Positions 36,742 through 49,445 of a stretch of 64,000 nt of DNA are shown one piece after another. Each line of letters starts with the position of its first letter. The first letter of the stretch is position 1. This stretch comes from Carcharhinus longimanus (taxonomy: Eukaryota), in contig JASCQW010000137.1 in NCBI GenBank assembly GCA_030264375.1, positions 33,825,761 to 33,889,760 on the forward strand. The letters are read 5' to 3'. The notes below the pieces were generated by a model. It saw only the letters and a program-made list of their open reading frames with translations, was not told where the DNA came from and ran no database searches. A program made the translations under genes and the position numbers.

Positions 36742-38199
36742 CTGTGAACATGGTAAAATGTGGAGTCTGGGCAAAGAGTACTCAACTGACATGAACTTAC
36801 AGCTAAAAGTATTCAGTTAACAGGAATGTAAAGAAAACAAACAGAACAGCAAGGATGAGAAAGCAACACAACCACATTCCTAAGTGGGCAAAGGGTGAAC
36901 AGAAAAAAAAGATACAGAAAATTAAGGTGAAGCTAGTTTGAAATGCCCGGACAATTCACATCACAACACAATTGGAAGCCACACGGAAACACCCACATTA
37001 GCACACAGCAGCCTTACTGTATGCATGCAGCAAAAGTCATAAAATTCTGAAAACTTATCAGGCAAACACTTACAGCTTAAGAACTTGAGGAAAGAAAATG
37101 AGAATATACCAAAAACACATCATTTTCTTTCATCTGTTTGCTTCTCCACTTCCCTCCTCTGCTCTTATGGGAACTGGTTCCGGAGGAGGACAAGACAACC
37201 TTTAGCACTTTGCCCAAGTGGTCTTTACTCTTATGTGAGAGCCTTGATAGGCTATTCAAAAGAGGTTCACNNNNNNNNNAAGTCGACGGTAACTGGCTAC
37301 ACAAACACCCATTTCCAGCAGAGGTCTGTGCAGGGGTGGGAACCTTGGCTGATTTTCCCCCTCCCTAACCCCTACCAGGATCACCGGGATCTATTGTAAC
37401 TCTCCTGTTGTTGTCTCAAGCCAGTTCAGCACAGACTAGGAATTGTACCTGGCGACTTGCTGGCTTGACCAGCTGAGTGCGACTCCTTTGGATGGCTCAT
37501 AAAAGCCAACTGGGGAAGCCATTTTTAACCCAGGCCACAGGCCACCACATTGCTGCTCAAATCTACTGCTGACAGTTAGAACAGTACACGCGCCAATATT
37601 TAACATTCATATTCATTATTGATGAGCTGACCCTAAGTGAACCAAACTGGACAGATGCAGCGTAAAACTGAAATTTTTACTTCTACAAACTGGACAGTTT
37701 ACATCCTCCCCTTCCCCCTTTTTGTAGACCCATGAAATAATTTATCATGAGCTTGTTCAGTTCCATTCACTGCAAGGTTCACTCACCCCCATACTAAACA
37801 TTTACCTCATAAATACATTTTTTGCACTGTAATAAGCATTGGCAAATTGTCTTTTAAATGTACCAAAACATGGTGACATTCTGATGGAGTGTTATAGATG
37901 CTTTACTCTGTAGGTGCTTCACCGTAAAAAACTGTTGGCCAAAGAACCACAATGAGGAATTCATACCATGCAAAATAACCCAAAGTGCAGGTCTATTTAT
38001 TTATTAATGATTATACAACAGATGAGATTATCCAGGTCAGGATAATTCCGGAAACTGACCAATGGATAATGCCACTGTAGTTCCATTATGAGGTAGAGTC
38101 TTTTTCTGCTAAATATTCTGACAATTTGTGAGCAACAAAACATGGGCCATCGTGCTTCCTGCTCAAGAGAAGGATAAAAACAATTCCTTGCATACAACT

Positions 38200-38670
38200 G
38201 GGCAGCACAGTGGCTAGCATTGCTGCCTCACAGTGCCAGGGACCCGGGTTCAATTCCCGGCCTGGGTCATTGTCTGTGCGGAGTTTGCACGTTCTCCCCA
38301 AGTCTGCATGGGTTTCTTCCGGGTTCTCTGGTTCCTTCCCAAAGTCCAAAACATGTGCTGGATAGACATATTGGCCGTGCTAAATTCTTGCTCAGTGAAC
38401 CTGAACAGGTGTCGGAGTGTGGTGACTAGGGGATTTTCACAGTAACTTCATTGCAGTGTTAATGTAAGCCTACTTGTGACACTNNNNNNNNNNNNNNNNN
38501 NNNNNNNNNNNNNNNNNNNNNNNNNNNNNNNNNNNNNNNNNNNNNNNNNNNNNNNNNNNNNNNNNNNNNNNNNNNNNNNNNNNGTGGTGACTAGGGGATT
38601 TTCACAGTAACTTCATTGCAGTGTTAATGTAAGCCTACTTGTGACACTGATAAATAAACTAAACTAAACT
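38200..38670 (+). mobile_element. V-SINE, tail B (gap with duplicated flank)
   Basis: Family match. Confidence 0.82.
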
Positions 38671-39223
38671 ACCATGTATCCTATATTGTACAGTTTTGAT
38701 ATCACCTGCATTTCAAACCCCTCTCATTCAATTACCTATTATACACACAACTGAGCACGCACACACATACATGTATTTAACTGATATGAAATGCACACAT
38801 TCAGAATATTGCAGGTGCCTAACACAATGAAATTTGCACTGTTGACCCTGTACCAATGCAGGCACCTTGTGATACTGATACTTTTAGCACAGGCTGACGT
38901 GATAATACTACGTTAATATTAGGACCAATCGGGTTACATAATATAAAAACATTTCTGCTGAATATTATGCTGAGACTGTAGGGAAAAGATTATTTTATTC
39001 CTAATTATTATAATTATTTTCCGGAAAAGTAGAAGTGACTAATCCTGGAATATAATTGTATCAATCTCGGTTCTGATTATTTATAAAGTGTGTTTGCATA
39101 CCACCCTCATGTATATCGTTTCACTCCAGTTCTCTCAATCACCATTAACAGTTTTATTCTATGTAAAGCAAAAATTACTCTTCAGAAAGTTGTTATGAAA
39201 GCAGGGTAATAGCCGGTACCTAC

Positions 39224-39404
39224 CCATCCTTTTTATAAAACTCCAGCATCATGTTGTCAGTAGCAACGCTGAGAGGCCGCCTGCCTTGGTCATGTTGCTT
39301 GCGGTCAGAGTGATCGATATCCGGAGATGGCATCGAGTTGTAATTTGCATTGTGGTTGATATGCACTGGGCTGCCATAACTTCCAGTCACATTAAATTCA
39401 ATAT
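39224..39404 (-). CDS. ARHGAP44: ARHGAP44 exon (DIEFNVTGSYGSPVHINHNANYNSMPSPDIDHSDRKQHDQGRRPLSVATDNMMLEFYKKDG)
   Basis: 181 nt, cag|AT...GG|gtaggt, phase 1-2; RRPLSVATDNMMLEFYKKDG as in human. Confidence 0.96.
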
Positions 39405-39706
39405 CTGTTTTCAAAAGAGATACAGCTCACCGTACATTACAGCAAGAGTCCAATATCCACAAATGTCTTTCTCCCCCCTTCACTCCAGCTTTGGTCATCT
39501 CCCTTTTTTTAAATCAACATCTCCATTTCCTCTATAAACTCTCCTCCCTTGTTCCTAGGAAGCTGTTAATATGTTTCCCCTGCAAATACACGTCGCCTAC
39601 ACACTGTTCCTCTCCCCTACATCTCATTCTACTGAAGTGAAAGTCCAATTCTGGCCAGGTGCCTTTACAAAAGCCCACAGCCCACTCCCAGCATGCAAAT
39701 AATTTT

Positions 39707-39890
39707 GAGTCATAGAGATATACAGCACGGAAGTAGGCCTGTTGGCCCAACTTGTCCATGCTGACCAAGTTTCCTAAACTGAATAAGTCCCATTTGACTC
39801 CGTTTGGCCCATATCCCTCTAAACCTTTCCCATCCACGTACCTGTCTAGATGTTTTTTAAATGTTATAATTGTACTGCCTCGACCACCTA
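39707..39890 (-). mobile_element. CR1-type LINE 3' end
   Basis: TIITFKKHLDRYVDGKGLEGYGPN. Confidence 0.8.
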
Positions 39891-40537
39891 TAGCCTGAGA
39901 TCGGGGAGGGGGGATAAACACTCAGTCAGTAGAAATTCTGAAATTACTTTGAGTCAGAAATCTGTATCTTGTAAATCTAACCTCCAATAAAAAACACTGA
40001 ACTAACTTCCATTCTATGAGCCACAGACAAGGAATTAATTGAAAACTATTTTTATGGCCAGGGTTACTCAGCCTTGCATTCGTGACTTTTACTAAATTCT
40101 TTGATCTGTGTTGTGGCACCTTCGCACTTTGCATTATCCAAGGACATTGACAGAGGTCCTAAGATCATATTTGGTCTGTCTTTTTGTTTCAACCAATCAT
40201 TTCCAACAATTTTTACTTTCCAATTCCCTGGAATTTTCCACCTAAGTAGAACTGAAATTCTTTTGGCCAAAGTGGATGCGGATCTGGAAATCTGCTAGGG
40301 CTAACCCTTGGGTTTCATTTTCCTTTCAACATAAACGGTAGGAATACCTGAGGCAGCAATTTCAAATTGATTTAACCAGATTAAAGATTAAGCAATGCTA
40401 AATACTCTGTGAAGAAGCCTTTATGTTTACTTCAGTACGTTCATCATTAACTTTGAAAATGAAAATGATTGGCATGCTGCATCATTTTTCCTGGATTTTC
40501 TATTACCACCTCCTTCAGGTGACGGGCTACCTCAAAG

Positions 40538-40870
40538 AATAAAGAACAGTACAGCACAGGAAAGGGCCCTTTGGCCCTCCAAGCCTGCGCTGATAGATGT
40601 TTATGTATCTAACCAACCACCTATATCCCTCTATTCCCTGTTTCTTCATATGCCTATCAAGATAAGTCTTAAATGTGGCTAGCGTAACTGCCTCAACCAT
40701 CTCACTTGGCAGTGCATTCCAGGCCCCCACCACCCTCTGTGTAAAAAACTTTCCCTGCACATCTCCACTGAACCTTTCCTCACCCTCATCTTGAACTTTT
40801 GCCCCCTTGTAATTGTCATTTCTGCTCACGGATAAAGCTTCCACCCTATCTATACCCCTCTTAATTTTAT
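40538..40870 (-). mobile_element. CR1-type LINE 3' end
   Basis: GKFFTQRVVGAWNALPSEMVEA...FKTYLDRHM. Confidence 0.85.
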
Positions 40871-41209
40871 CAATCTCCTTGTAACTGCTTCCCTGTCAAA
40901 CAGTGCCATGGGCAGTAACAGCGACATGCTGTCCTACCCCACAGCAGACACCGGGAGAAGGACATTTGAGGAAGGAATGAGGTTTCAAACTATACAGTAG
41001 CCAACCTAGCAGCTATTTGCGTTGTTACCTGAAGGCAGCCTGCATTTCAAAGCCAGCCACTCACATTAAAATGCACAGCTAAACACACCGGGGCACTTTG
41101 TCGTCTACACAACAGTCAAAAGCTAGAGCCTGATGTATGTATTTAAACACTTCAGGGAAGAACTGTCCTGACTGGGGAACAGAATGTTTGCATTCAGCAT
41201 GCATTGAAC

Positions 41210-43760
41210 AGAATCATAAAATCATTGAGTGATTGTTACAATGGTTACAGCATGGAAAGTGGCCATTTGGCCCATCATGTCTGTGCCAGCTCTCCTAAGA
41301 ATTAATTCCTTTACTGCCATCCTGCCACCTTCTCCTCACATCGCAGTACATTCCCTCCTGTCAGATATTTAGAGAAGGAGGCCATTCTACCCACTGTGTC
41401 TGTGCTGGCTGAAAAAGAACCCGTTTTCCAGCACTTGATCCGTAGCCCTGCAGGTTACAGGATTTCAAGTGCGCATAAGGACTCCTTTTGAATGAGATGA
41501 GTGTTTCTGTCTCTACTCCCCTTCCAGGCACTGAGTTCCAGACCCCCACGACCCTTTGGGCCAAAAATGTGTCCCTCACTGTCCCTTGATTCTTTCTATC
41601 AATTGCTTTAAAACTGTAACCCTATAGTCACTGACCTCTCTGCTAAAGTAAATAGGCCCTTTCCATCCACTCTATTCAGGAACCTAACAACCTTGTGCAC
41701 CTCAATCAAATTGCCTCTCAGCTTCCACCATTCCAAGGAGAACAACCCCAGCCTATCCAAACTTTCCTCATAACGGCAATTTTCCAGTTCTTGCAACATC
41801 CCCGTAAATCTCCTCTACACCCTCTCTTGGGCAATTACATCCTTTCTGTAATGAGGTGACTAGAATTGCACACAGTACTCAAGCTTTTGCCTAACTAATG
41901 ATTTAAACAGTTGTAGCATAACCTTCCTGCTCTTATATTACTTGCCTGACTAATGAAGGAAGGAATTCCATATACCTTTCTTAGCCACCTTTGATTCTTG
42001 AAGGTAGCAGGACAGGTCAACATGAGCTTAGAAACTAGAAGCAGGAGTAGGCCATTTGGCTCTTTGATTGTGCTCCACCATTTATTATGATCATGGTTGA
42101 TCATCAAATTCAATATTCTGATGCCTCCTTCCCTCCCATATCCCTTGATCCCTTTAGCCTGAAGAGCTATATTTAATTTCTTCCTGAAATCAGACAACGT
42201 TTTAGTCTCAACTACATTCTGTGGTCGTGAATGCCTCACATTCACCACCCTCTGGGTGAAGAAATTTCTCCTCACCTCAGTTCTAAAAGGTTTATCCTCA
42301 AACTATGGATTCCCCCACCATTGGGAAGATTCTTTCTGAATCTACCCTGTCTAATCCTGTCAGAATTTTATATGTTTCTATGAGATCCCCCTCACTCTTC
42401 TAAATTCCAGTGAATATAATCCTAACCACTTAGTCTCTCCTTATATGACAGACCTGCCATCCCAGGAATCAGCCTGGTAAACTTCTGCTGTACCCCCTCG
42501 ATAGTAAGAACATCCTTTCTCAGGTAAGAACACCAAAACTGCATACAATACTCTAGGTGTGGCCTTACCCATGCCCTACACAATTGCAGCAAAACATTCC
42601 TATCCCTATACTCAAATCCTCTCGCTATGAAGGTCAACATACCATTTGCTTCCTTTACTGCCTACCGTACCTGCGCACTTTCAGCAACTGATGCACAAGG
42701 ACATCAAGGCCTCACTGAGTATGCACCTCTCTCAATTTACACACATTCGAGTAATAATTTGTCTTCCTATTATTGCTGCCAAAGTGGATAATCTCATAGT
42801 TATCCACATTATATTGCATCTGCCATGCAGAGACCCACTCACTCAGCCTGCCCAAATCACGTTGAAGCATCCCTGCATCCTCCTCACAGCTCACCCTCCC
42901 ACCCAACTTTGCATCATCTGCAAATTTGGAGACAATACATTCCGTTCTCTCTTCCAAACCATTAATATATAATGTGACCAATTGGGGTCATAGCACATGC
43001 ACTCCGAGGTCTTAACCCAATTTAGAATTTTAACTCCTGTTCTATCTTTGTCCTTTTCCTTAATTATGTTAAAACTAACTGAATTATGATCACTTCTACC
43101 AAATGCTCTCCCACTGCCACTCCTTCCACCTGCCCAGCCTCATTTCCTAAAACTAATCGCACTCTCTCTCATTGGACTTGCTACACACAGGTCATAAAAG
43201 GTCTCCTGAATGAACCTTAAGAATTCTTTCCTTCCATTCCTTTTACACTAAAACTATCCCAGTTAATTTTGGGGTGATGAAAATTCTTTCCTATTACTGC
43301 TCTATTGCTTATGTACTTCTTAAAGATATGCCCATATATTTGCTCCACTATCGCCCCTCTGACTGTAAGGTGGTGTATAGTACACTCCCAGTCGTGTCAC
43401 TGCCCCTTTCTTGTTCCTTAGCTCAATCCAGGTGGCCTCCATTGATGATTCCACTAATATACCATCCCTCTTCACAGCTGTAATCATTCCTTTGACCAAA
43501 AGTGCCATCCCTCTACCCTCCTTTTTAATATCCCCCTCTCTATCTGGTCTGGAATCCTGATAACCGGGGATATTGAACTGCCAATCCTGTCCCTCTTTAA
43601 GCCATGTTTCTGAAGCAGCTACAGTGTCATACCACCATGTTTCTCTCTGTGCCCTCAGCCCACCTCCTTCATTTGCTATACTCCTTGCACTGAAATCTAT
43701 ACCCTCGAGCGCTGCCGCATTCTTTCTTTCAATTTCTAACCCTCGTTTCCTCTGTCTTCC
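41210..43760 (-). mobile_element. Cluster of nested CR1-type LINE fragments (endonuclease, RT, C-terminus), disrupted
   Basis: SETWLKEG...NIPGY...WIELRNKKG (APE endonuclease), VSKFADDAKLGG (RT), VRPHLEYCMQFW, FFTQRVV. Confidence 0.88.
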
Positions 43761-45899
43761 AGACTGATTCACTAACCCCGTCTTCCACTTCAATTTCCGA
43801 CACGGTTAATGTACCTTGAGGTGGCACCAAGGCCTCGTGTGAAACTACCCATGGCGCCATCCATTGAACATTTGGAAGTTACCGCTTACTGTCACCCTCT
43901 GTTAATTAATTGCAAAGCACTGACCTCTCTTGAACCTGGAATCACTTGAACTGATAAAACTTCTGATTCACTTCACATGGACAACTGTATCCAGCAGAGG
44001 GAAAGCAGGCTTTCAAACATCAGAATCTACCAGCTGGAATTGAGCTTTGCTGCTTGGATGGAAGGCGGAGTAGGAGGGGTGGGGATGAGGGGAGTGGAGT
44101 GGTGTGGCAGGAGGGATGGAGGTTTGAGGGGAAGTGGGGGAGAGTGGGGTGNNNNNNNNNNNNNNNNNNNNNNNNNNNNNNNNNNNNNNNNNNNNNNNNN
44201 NNNNNNNNNNNNNNNNNNNNNNNNNNNNNNNNNNNNNNNNNNNNNNNNNNNNNNNNNNNNNNNNNNNNNNNNNNNNNNNNNNNNNNNNNNNNNNNNNNNN
44301 NNNNNNNNNNNNNNNNNNNNNNNNNNNNNNNNNNNNNNNNNNNNNNNNNNNNNNNNNNNNNNNNNNNNNNNNNNNNNNNNNNNNNNNNNNNNNNNNNNNN
44401 NNNNNNNNNNNNNNNNNNNNNNNNNNNNNNNNNNNNNNNNNNNNNNNNNNNNNNNNNNNNNNNNNNNNNNNNNNNNNNNNNNNNNNNNNNNNNNNNNNNN
44501 NNNNNNNNNNNNNNNNNNNNNNNNNNNNNNNNNNNNNNNNNNNNNNNNNNNNNNNNNNNNNNNNNNNNNNNNNNNNNNNNNNNNNNNNNNNNNNNNNNNN
44601 NNNNNNNNNNNNNNNNNNNNNNNNNNNNNNNNNNNNNNNNNNNNNNNNNNNNNNNNNNNNNNNNNNNNNNNNNNNNNNNNNNNNNNNNNNNNNNNNNNNN
44701 NNNNNNNNNNNNNNNNNNNNNNNNNNNNNNNNNNNNNNNNNNNNNNNNNNNNNNNNNNNNNNNNNNNNNGGCGGTGGGGGTGGGGTGGGGGGAGGTGGTG
44801 GTGGTGGTGGAGGTGGAGTGCGGGGGTTGGGGTTTGGGGGGTGGCATTGCTACTCTGTGTTTCAGATTGCAAATTGTGATTAAATGTATTCCTGGAGATT
44901 TCATCCCATGGCTCCCCACCCCCATGACACTTCAGCCACTTTTTGCCCAAAACGTCCATCCTGATGACTAATTGCTTTCCTACTCCTATCGGAAAGTGAA
45001 AAGATCCAATTGCCCAATTTGCTTGACTATCAGCTAAACAGCCTTCTCCTCCACATTTTGAATATACTTACATCGGGCTGAGAGAAACAGTCAAAGAAGA
45101 GTGAAAAAAAAACTCCTTTTCCATGTTCTGATGCTTTTTCTCCAGGATTGCAAACAGCAATGTCCTGGAACAGCTTCTTCCCTGCTGCCGTCAGACTTTT
45201 GAATGACCTACCTCACATTAAGTTGATCTTTCTCTACACCCTAGATATTACTGTAACACTACATTCTGCACTCTCTCCTTTCCTTCTCTATGCACGATAT
45301 GTTTTGTGTACGTGTGACAATAATAAATCAAATCAAAAAATCAAACTGGAGATTGATTTTCACTTGCTGGAGACCCAGGCACATTCTGGAAGATTGGTAA
45401 CCTAAGTAACTTGCACTGTTGCTGTACTGGGTACTTTCCAGCTGCAAAGAATGGAATTGCAATCCTCCCCCACACCCCCACCCCTCCTATAACCATCGCA
45501 GCTTCACTGATCCTGCTTCTGTCTGGATCCAGAGACTGGCCTGCACTGTGACTGTCTAAAACTGGGAGTGGCCTCACAGTATTCATTTCTTACCCACACC
45601 ACATCAGCGAGTTCACAAAGCAAATCCACCCTCCTGCTGTTATTATTGATTTGGTCCACTGACAGACAACGTTTCCTCTGAGCTGCATGGGTACATGACC
45701 ATTCAACAGCCCAGGACTTGATGACTGTGGTCAGTGAGTGGTCCCTTTAAGGTGTGCACGCGGGTGATTACGCTGCAGTCTTAAAGGGACCACGCAGCAT
45801 AATAAAAGGCTGCGCACAGCGAAGAGAAATTGGAGGGAAGAAAGCAGAAAGGAAATCTACCCAGAGAGCTTTCTAATCACAGTCCAATTCAGCAATTAC

Positions 45900-45991
45900 C
45901 TCCGGCGAAGAACCAATCGGCATGTTGTATTATGGGTTCAATTATCCCCACAATCTGTATTGAGACTGTTGTCATCATTTCAGTCATAGAC
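45900..45991 (-). CDS. ARHGAP44: ARHGAP44 exon, RhoGAP end (SMTEMMTTVSIQIVGIIEPIIQHADWFFAG)
   Basis: 92 nt, cag|G...G|gtaatt, phase 2-1. Confidence 0.95.
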
Positions 45992-46348
45992 CTGGAGAGA
46001 GAAAGGAGCTGACCAAGTTAACTGCAACTTAGCAAACAAATTATCCAGAAAATGTCTGCACTTTCCAAAGAGCAGATCTCCAATATCTCAGTGGGTAAAG
46101 ACTCCAATTGGTGTCCAACAGAGACAAATACGAGATTGCAGATTCAATCAATCTGCAATTTAACTGACCTCGTTTCTAGGTAATCAGAAGTAAGTGCCTT
46201 GATTTTCTACCACAAGAACCACTAACTGGTTCTAAATTAGAATCATTCCAAGGATCGGCACTTTTGATGGAATGAAATTCACATGTTCCTTAAAATTAGA
46301 CTATTATATTTACATTATAATAAATATCATAAGGTGAAGAACTCTTAC

Positions 46349-46462
46349 CCTTCATTGGCTGTCCAGAGTAGATTGGGCCCCAGGACAATTGCCATGTTAC
46401 CAGGTGTCATTTTGTTGGCGTCCTGATATTCTGTCAGCTTGGCCAGAAATTTGATCAAGTAT
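46349..46462 (-). CDS. ARHGAP44: ARHGAP44 RhoGAP exon (YLIKFLAKLTEYQDANKMTPGNMAIVLGPNLLWTANEG)
   Basis: 114 nt, cag|A...GG|gtaaga, phase 2-2; NKMxxxNxAIVxGPNL RhoGAP motif. Confidence 0.96.
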
Positions 46463-46639
46463 CTGGAGATTGGCGATACATTGCGTTGTGTAAGTTACTG
46501 CATTTTCTTAAATAAAGGAAATCTCGACAGTTGTTTCAACAAGTTGCAACTGTTTAAACACGTTTAACACAGAAAAAAAATCCCTAGGTGCCCCAGAGAG
46601 ACTGATCAGAAATAAATGATGTTGCCTTGAGACAAAGAA

Positions 46640-46825
46640 GTAGATATTAGGACGGATATTATGAGGATTTTTGGAGGGACATTATGAGGATATTAAGTGG
46701 ATATTAGGAGGGATATTATGAGGATATTAAATAGATTTTATGATGATGTTAATACAATGTTAGGAAGGCTACTATGAGGGATATTGCGAAGGATATTAGG
46801 AAGGATATTAAGTGAATATTAGGAG
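46640..46825. repeat. Degenerate minisatellite of about 11 bp (ggatatta-tga/agt/gga)
   Basis: Recurrent ggatatta units. Confidence 0.8.
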
Positions 46826-48692
46826 GACTGACCAAAAACTTGAATTGGAAAGGAGAATGGAAAGGTGGAGAAGTGAAAATTTACCTTAAGGAATTTCAGA
46901 GCATGGACTCTGACTGGCTGAACACGGGACTGCTAATGGTTGAGCAGAAGATGGAAAGGTCTCAGAAAAGCCAAGAGTTGGAGGATAGGAGAGATTGTGG
47001 GTTAGGAGAAGGCAGCAATGGGTGCTGGACAGTTTGGACAGGGTGAGAGGAGATTTCCAAGATAGAGAAGGCTGAGACCAGAAGGAATTTAAACACAAAG
47101 ATAGCCTCTGGGAGCTTTAATGAACTGAAGCTTCTGGAGGATGGAGAATGACGCCGGGCAGGATAGCAGGGGAATTGTCCAGCATGAATGTGGAAAATGT
47201 ATCGGGGAGATGGTTTTAGAATATGGGCTGAGGACAGATGATGCAGAGACGGAAATAGACAAAGTTTCACTGGTTTCTCTGATTTTTTACCAGGTTTGTT
47301 AAATGACGAATGAGTTGAATTCACTTTTGTTGCATGTTTACTGTTAGACATTGGCACAGGAGAATTTAACTGACTGAATTTGAGGTGAGAAATTCTAGTG
47401 AAAAATGGGCCCAGATTTTCCAGTCTGTGGATGGTCAAGATGGACGTACACTGGTAGATTTGCTGTGGAATCCCACAGAAGTCCCAAAGCAAGGACTCCC
47501 TGGGAATTGCAAGGAAGTCTGAGCTTCCAGTGGGAACGGACTCAGGTCAGGATAGGTTGCTTCTGCTTCTCAGGACAATCTGAAAAAGTCTCCAACTCCA
47601 GGTTAGTCAGGGACTTCAGACAGTACTGACTTACTGACCTGGATATTTATCCAGGAAATGTTATTAGGAAAATCCTTGTCTAACTCCTGGGTAACTGTAC
47701 AACTGAATCCCAATTACTCACACTGACCTCCCCTCTCATTACCACCACCATGATCCCCATTCAACCACAACCCCTGACTCTCCCCAATCACCGACTCCAT
47801 GTGCTCCTGACTTCCCTGACCTGATAACAACCTGTCCTGACCTGACGCAACTACTGCCGTACCCACTTCACCCATCTGAGACCCTACTCACACACCTACC
47901 TACTTCACTCATTTGTGACTCTACTCACTTGCCACTCGACCCCATTGCTTAGTTAGCTCACTCACCCTACCTCCTAACCCACATACTCACCCACCCTACC
48001 CTCTTACCCACTTGCCTCACCCACCTTGCCCTTCTACCCACTCTGCCTCACCTACTCTCCCTAGACTGCTCCCTAGACTGGGTACAAACACGAGAGGTCA
48101 TGATTTAAGGGTGAGGGGGGAGAGGTATAATTTGGAAGTNNNNNNNNNNNNNNNNNNNNNNNNNNNNNNNNNNNNNNNNNNNNNNNNNNNNNNNNNNNNN
48201 NNNNNNNNNNNNNNNNNNNNNNNNNNNNNNNNNNNNNNNNNNNNNNNNNNNNNNNNNNNNNNNNNNNNNNNNNNNNNNNNNNNNNNNNNNNNNNNNNNNN
48301 NNNNNNNNNNNNNNNNNNNNNNNNNNNNNNNNNNNNNNNNNNNNNNNNNNNNNATCAGGTTCGGTAATAGGGTTGCTGGGCCATGATGTCATCATTCCAC
48401 AATAACATGAGGTGTTAAAATAAAAACAGAACTAACTGCTGGTTCAAAGCAAGAATTCCTCAGTATTGCCCATGATATTCCTCTAAGTTTCCCAAAAATG
48501 ATCAATAAAGCCATGTTTTTTGCTGGCTCTGGAACAGGTTTCCAATACACTCATTCAGTAGCACGGTTTCTGGTAATCCACAGAACCCATGTAATTACTC
48601 CTTACACTTTACCAATGCGAATGATAAAATAAGTGGAGGACAGCTGTTTAATTACATACAATTACACGATTGAAGCTGGTATTTAAGTTTAC

Positions 48693-48773
48693 CTGAAGTT
48701 GTTATAATTTGCCTGGGGTAGTTTCTCACATGCATTCCATAAAGCTTGTAGTCGTTTGTCCTGTTCCTGAATG
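48693..48773 (-). CDS. ARHGAP44: ARHGAP44 RhoGAP exon (NIQEQDKRLQALWNACEKLPQANYNNFR)
   Basis: 81 nt, tag|C...AG|gtaaac, phase 2-2. Confidence 0.95.
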
Positions 48774-49171
48774 CTAGGAATTCCAAACAGAGAGTGATAT
48801 TTACACATTTGTACAAAGTATTTTGTTCATTATTCTGGTTTCTAGTTCAAAAATTAGAACATTTCTTAAAGCTATGGCACAAGAAATGTGATTCTCAGGA
48901 AATAATGAAAATTCAAACCCAAGAACAATAATATTTTAATAGTCCATCACTTTTGCAGCCAGTGTAGGTTTGGTGGGCCAAACGGCCTCCTTCTGCAACG
49001 TAGGGATTTAATGATCACTTGTCTGTGAATCAGCTATAGTTTACTTACTAACTCAACACTGATTTCCATTGCTTTGGAGCTCATTTATAGCCATATTTAA
49101 AGCCTAACTCTCTTTTTGTGTTTTTGCTCATCTGTGTTTTCCTTCTATATTTAAACTGTGCCAGATTGGGG

Positions 49172-49445
49172 TGGCAATGGTGACACAGTGGTTAGCACTG
49201 CTGCCTCACAGCACCAGGGAGCCGGGTTAGATTCCTAGCTTGGGTCACTGTCTGTGTGGAGTCTGCACATTCTCCCCATGTCTGCATGGGTTTCCTTGGG
49301 GTGTTCTGGTTTCCTCCCACAATCTGAAAGGTGTGCTGGTTAAGTGCATTGGCCATGATAAATTTTCCCTCAGTGTACCTGGACAGGCGCAGAGTGTGGT
49401 GATCAGGGAAATTTCAGTCACTTCATTGCAGTGTTAATGTAAGTT
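49172..49445 (+). mobile_element. V-SINE, tail B
   Basis: Family match. Confidence 0.82.

Noticed and set aside
38419-38650. Apparent tandem duplication of a SINE tail
   Set aside because: Identical sequence on both sides of a 100-N gap, typical of a scaffolding overlap artefact
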